Source of the DNA: an uncultured Nitrososphaeria archaeon
GTDB lineage: Archaea; Thermoproteota; Nitrososphaeria_A; Caldarchaeales; Calditenuaceae
Direction of reading: 5' to 3'
Length of the DNA: 7,947 bases
Assembly (NCBI GenBank): GCA_964440295.1
Contig: CAYTRT010000013.1
Span: 2,772-10,718 of the forward strand
Numbering within the stretch: the first letter of the stretch is position 1; every line of letters starts with the position of its first letter. Of the stretch, positions 5,859 to 7,947 are shown one piece after another. The notes below the pieces were generated by a model that saw only the letters and a program-made list of their open reading frames with translations, had not been told where the DNA came from and did no database searches. The position numbers and the translations under genes are program-made.

Positions 5859-6749
5859 TTATTGTTTGATAAAGTAGTAACATTTTCTGCCAATTCTTTC
5901 TTTCTCCACTAAGCCCAGATTTACAAGCTGGTTTAGATATACGCTTTCTATTGCGCGTGTCCTTTTAGTTTGGTCAGCGACTTGGAGGGCGGTGGCTTTA
6001 CCCAAAATTCTGAGCGCCTGATATGTCTTGTCTAAATGTGTGGGAAGAGAACGTTGTATCGGTTTTTCGGTGCCTCTTTCAACATACGGAGATATGGACT
6101 CCTGTTGATAGACTCTCCTAGCGTAATTGTTTAAAACTTCTTCCATTTTTTCGAGGAATCTTTCTAGAGTTGCTTTAAGATCCTTCGTCAGCGCATCAGA
6201 GAGGCGGAGCCTGCCTGATACTTCTATTTCATGCGTCGAGTCATCAATTACGTCTCTCTCTTCAGTAATTAGATATGAGTATAGGGGCCTCGTCCTTACC
6301 TGGCTTGCGTCAAAAGATCTGTCACATCTTTTACATACTAGCATTATCGTTGAGCTGGTAATGATTGATGAGCAGGATTCACAACGCAGTACCTCATTTA
6401 TCTTTGATATCTCTTTCGAGCCACATCTTGGACAAACCTCCTCTACATCTATCAATGGTGATCCGCAGTGGGGGCATGTCTTTATCACGTCTAAAAGGAG
6501 TTTATTGTATACACCCATAGCTGCCAGACTTTCAAGAATTTTCTGCGTGTATTCGCTCTTAGTCTCGAAGAACTCGTCAGCGTTTTGATAAACTACTCCC
6601 TCCGGTATGTGAGGATCAATGGTTGGTCTGACGTAGGTGAGTCCAGCAGATCTGAGAATCCTCCTAATTATTGATGCCTTTAACATGGTTGACTGAAGTT
6701 GTTCACCAAAGTCATTTTTACTACTATTAATCAACCCGCTCCTCCTCAT
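5859..6749 (-). CDS. uncharacterised putative DNA-binding protein: double zinc ribbon (4 x CxxC), helical linker, C-terminal winged helix-turn-helix
   Basis: 296 aa. The cysteine pairs are C92PHC95-x10-C106PRC109 and C123ESC126-x12-C139KRC142 (nt 6324-6476). Residues ~180-215 form an amphipathic helix (LSDALTKDLKATLERFLEKMEEVLNNY). Residues ~236-296 (nt 5862-6044) look like a MarR/TrmB-style wHTH (LDKTYQALRILGKATALQVADQTKRTRAIESVYLNQLVNLGLVEKERIGRKCYYF). The start is uncertain: Met1 at 6749 or Met22 at 6686. No SD is seen for either. Confidence 0.65.
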   Translation of the reverse strand: MRRSGLINSSKNDFGEQLQSTMLKASIIRRILRSAGLTYVRPTIDPHIPEGVVYQNADEFFETKSEYTQKILESLAAMGVYNKLLLDVIKTCPHCGSPLIDVEEVCPRCGSKEISKINEVLRCESCSSIITSSTIMLVCKRCDRSFDASQVRTRPLYSYLITEERDVIDDSTHEIEVSGRLRLSDALTKDLKATLERFLEKMEEVLNNYARRVYQQESISPYVERGTEKPIQRSLPTHLDKTYQALRILGKATALQVADQTKRTRAIESVYLNQLVNLGLVEKERIGRKCYYFIKQ

Positions 6750-6882
6750 GACTGTGATGTGGTACTGGATTACGCGACTAACAGTTACTATTACCCCTTA
6801 TATTGATTATCTTGCTGAAAATTGCTACTTTTTCCGTTTGGCAAGAAATATAGGAGGTTTGCTTGGGAATAGGAATATTTTC

Positions 6883-7947
6883 TCAGGCATTACTTGTCTG
6901 CTTGTCCGTTTTAGCAAGCAGTAAAAGCATTGCCGTCAACACAACCATATATGTCAGGTGAATGTATAGTGTATTTGTTGGTCCCAATGCGTCCCATATC
7001 AAGCCGCCAAGATATGTCACGCCCATAGTTGCTAGGGTCATGATTGACTGCTGCACTCCCCAAACTGCGCCTCTGTGAAATTTCTCTGAGATAGCCGAGA
7101 TTCTTGAATCGATGGATGGCATAAAAAAGATTGCAAACCCAGAATCCATTAGAAGTGCAAGCAATACACCAGTCATGTCGAAAGAATTGGCCAGGACTAA
7201 AAGAGCGCCAGATCTAATGAGCAATTCTATCAATGACAGTAAAAACCAGTGACTGCCTTCTACTAGTCTTCCTCCAATGGGTGCTAAAATTGTATAAACT
7301 ACTCCCTCTATAGCGAAAACTAGTGACAAGTCCATCTCACTCATATTTGCTAAGTCTCTCGCCCAGAGCGGAATCAAGACTGACCCCACCACGCCGGCAG
7401 TTGCCAGATATATGGACCTTGATGAAATCAGCAGCAAAAGGTATGGTCGGCGCAACTGAGTATAAGAGTCGAGTAATTGTTGTCTAATAGATAGGTCTGG
7501 CCGTCTTTTTATCGTTTCTTTAAGATATATTCTCGTCAGGCCCGATGCTATTGTTGCGATGCCTACAAGAGCTATGCTAAACTCGTAGCCAAATACCTCG
7601 ATGGAGCTACCCATTATCACGTATCCTACAACAGCCCCAAGGTTCATGCATGCAAAATATATCCCAAACGCTCTCCCATAGCTGTAGCTTGAAGCCACAT
7701 CAGCGATATAAGCAAGGATTGAAGGAGCAGTGAAGGCCGTTGGTAGCATTGAAAACGCAAGGGGCAGAACAGCGTCTTCCCATTTATTGACTTGTGATAA
7801 CACAACATAAGATGCGCCCGTTATCGCTGGGCCCAGGATGAGTAGCTTCTTTCTACCAACGATGTCCGCAATAAAGCCGCCGACAGGCACCAACAATACA
7901 TAAAAAACTCTAGAAGACGCTAGGACTATCCCGATTTCCTTTGCCTC
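6883..7947 (-). CDS. major facilitator superfamily transporter, 5'-truncated by the window edge (N-terminus beyond 7947)
   Basis: The minus-strand frame stays open from TGA (6885-6883) to base 7947 (EAKEIGIVLASSRVFYVLLVPVGG...), so the TTG at 7896 is not the real start. The MFS motif A, GGFIADIVGRKKL, sits in the TM2-TM3 loop position, and about 10 further hydrophobic helices follow. The substrate class cannot be told from the sequence. Confidence 0.8.
   Translation of the reverse strand, partial: EAKEIGIVLASSRVFYVLLVPVGGFIADIVGRKKLLILGPAITGASYVVLSQVNKWEDAVLPLAFSMLPTAFTAPSILAYIADVASSYSYGRAFGIYFACMNLGAVVGYVIMGSSIEVFGYEFSIALVGIATIASGLTRIYLKETIKRRPDLSIRQQLLDSYTQLRRPYLLLLISSRSIYLATAGVVGSVLIPLWARDLANMSEMDLSLVFAIEGVVYTILAPIGGRLVEGSHWFLLSLIELLIRSGALLVLANSFDMTGVLLALLMDSGFAIFFMPSIDSRISAISEKFHRGAVWGVQQSIMTLATMGVTYLGGLIWDALGPTNTLYIHLTYMVVLTAMLLLLAKTDKQTSNA

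Noticed and set aside
6127-6588. Plus-strand 153-aa ORF overlapping the zinc-ribbon/wHTH gene
   Set aside because: Its product is Ser-rich and low-complexity (SSIFSRNLSRVALRSFVSASERRS...). The opposite strand encodes a longer ORF with four regularly spaced CxxC pairs and a wHTH, so the minus-strand reading is the real one.
6754-6818. Possible C/D-box sRNA in the MFS/regulator spacer (GTGATGT ... CTGA, about 65 nt apart)
   Set aside because: The C box is imperfect. No properly spaced D' and C' boxes exist: TGATTA lies only 5 nt from the CTGA. There is no terminal stem. It looks like chance.
6852-6961. AGGAGGT (6852-6858) on the + strand, followed by a TTG-initiated 32-codon hydrophobic mini-ORF (6863-6961) antisense to the MFS 3' end
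   Set aside because: The SD-to-start spacing is only 4 nt, and the start is a non-ATG codon. Hydrophobicity is expected when reading antisense to membrane-protein codons. There is no independent support.
7846-7896. TTG at 7896 as the MFS start codon, and likewise GTG at 1 as the PPS start
   Set aside because: Both reading frames remain open to the window edges. The MFS motif A would sit at the extreme N-terminus, which is impossible for a 12-TM MFS protein. Both are truncation artefacts.
1-7947. G+C heterogeneity as evidence that kdgK-eda is a foreign island (some 60-nt lines in kdgK/eda are ~60% G+C, while parts of panE are below 30%)
   Set aside because: Spot counts in panB and thiL (about 45-55%) are close to those in kdgK/eda. 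The low-G+C stretches sit in panE and the membrane protein. Hand sampling is too noisy. This needs a proper sliding-window and codon-usage calculation.
1-7947. CRISPR arrays, tRNA/rRNA genes, IS elements, integrases, toxin-antitoxin or defence genes
   Set aside because: I saw no spaced direct repeats and no tRNA T-loop (GGTTCGAATCC-like) signatures. No transposase, integrase or nuclease-like ORFs appear in any frame. All long ORFs are accounted for by the features listed.

Overview
This looks like ordinary chromosomal sequence from an archaeon, mostly housekeeping. The archaeal call rests on an archaeal-type phosphopantothenate synthetase fragment, GGTGA/GAGGTG-type ribosome-binding motifs, A/T-rich TATA-like boxes and oligo-T terminator tracts. 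On the + strand there are four units. (1) A CoA/pantoate operon: the 3' end of phosphopantothenate synthetase, then panB and panE, both apparently starting at TTG behind Shine-Dalgarno (SD) motifs. (2) thiL. (3) A small zinc-ribbon / 4-TM membrane protein whose start overlaps the thiL stop. (4) A kdgK-eda pair, in which the Eda-type KDPG aldolase carries an in-frame C-terminal VOC/glyoxalase-fold domain. On the - strand there is a 296-aa protein with two zinc ribbons and a C-terminal winged helix, followed upstream by a 5'-truncated MFS transporter. I saw no rRNA, tRNA, CRISPR array, transposase/integrase or large repeat. I also do not see a convincing multi-gene novel system such as a defence island. 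The parts not explained by textbook annotation are: the Eda-VOC fusion, the double-zinc-ribbon + wHTH protein beside the MFS gene and convergent with kdgK-eda, the thiL-coupled zinc-ribbon membrane protein, and a GAACAATA palindrome cluster around the kdgK promoter. All family assignments come from motif recognition by eye. No searches were run.
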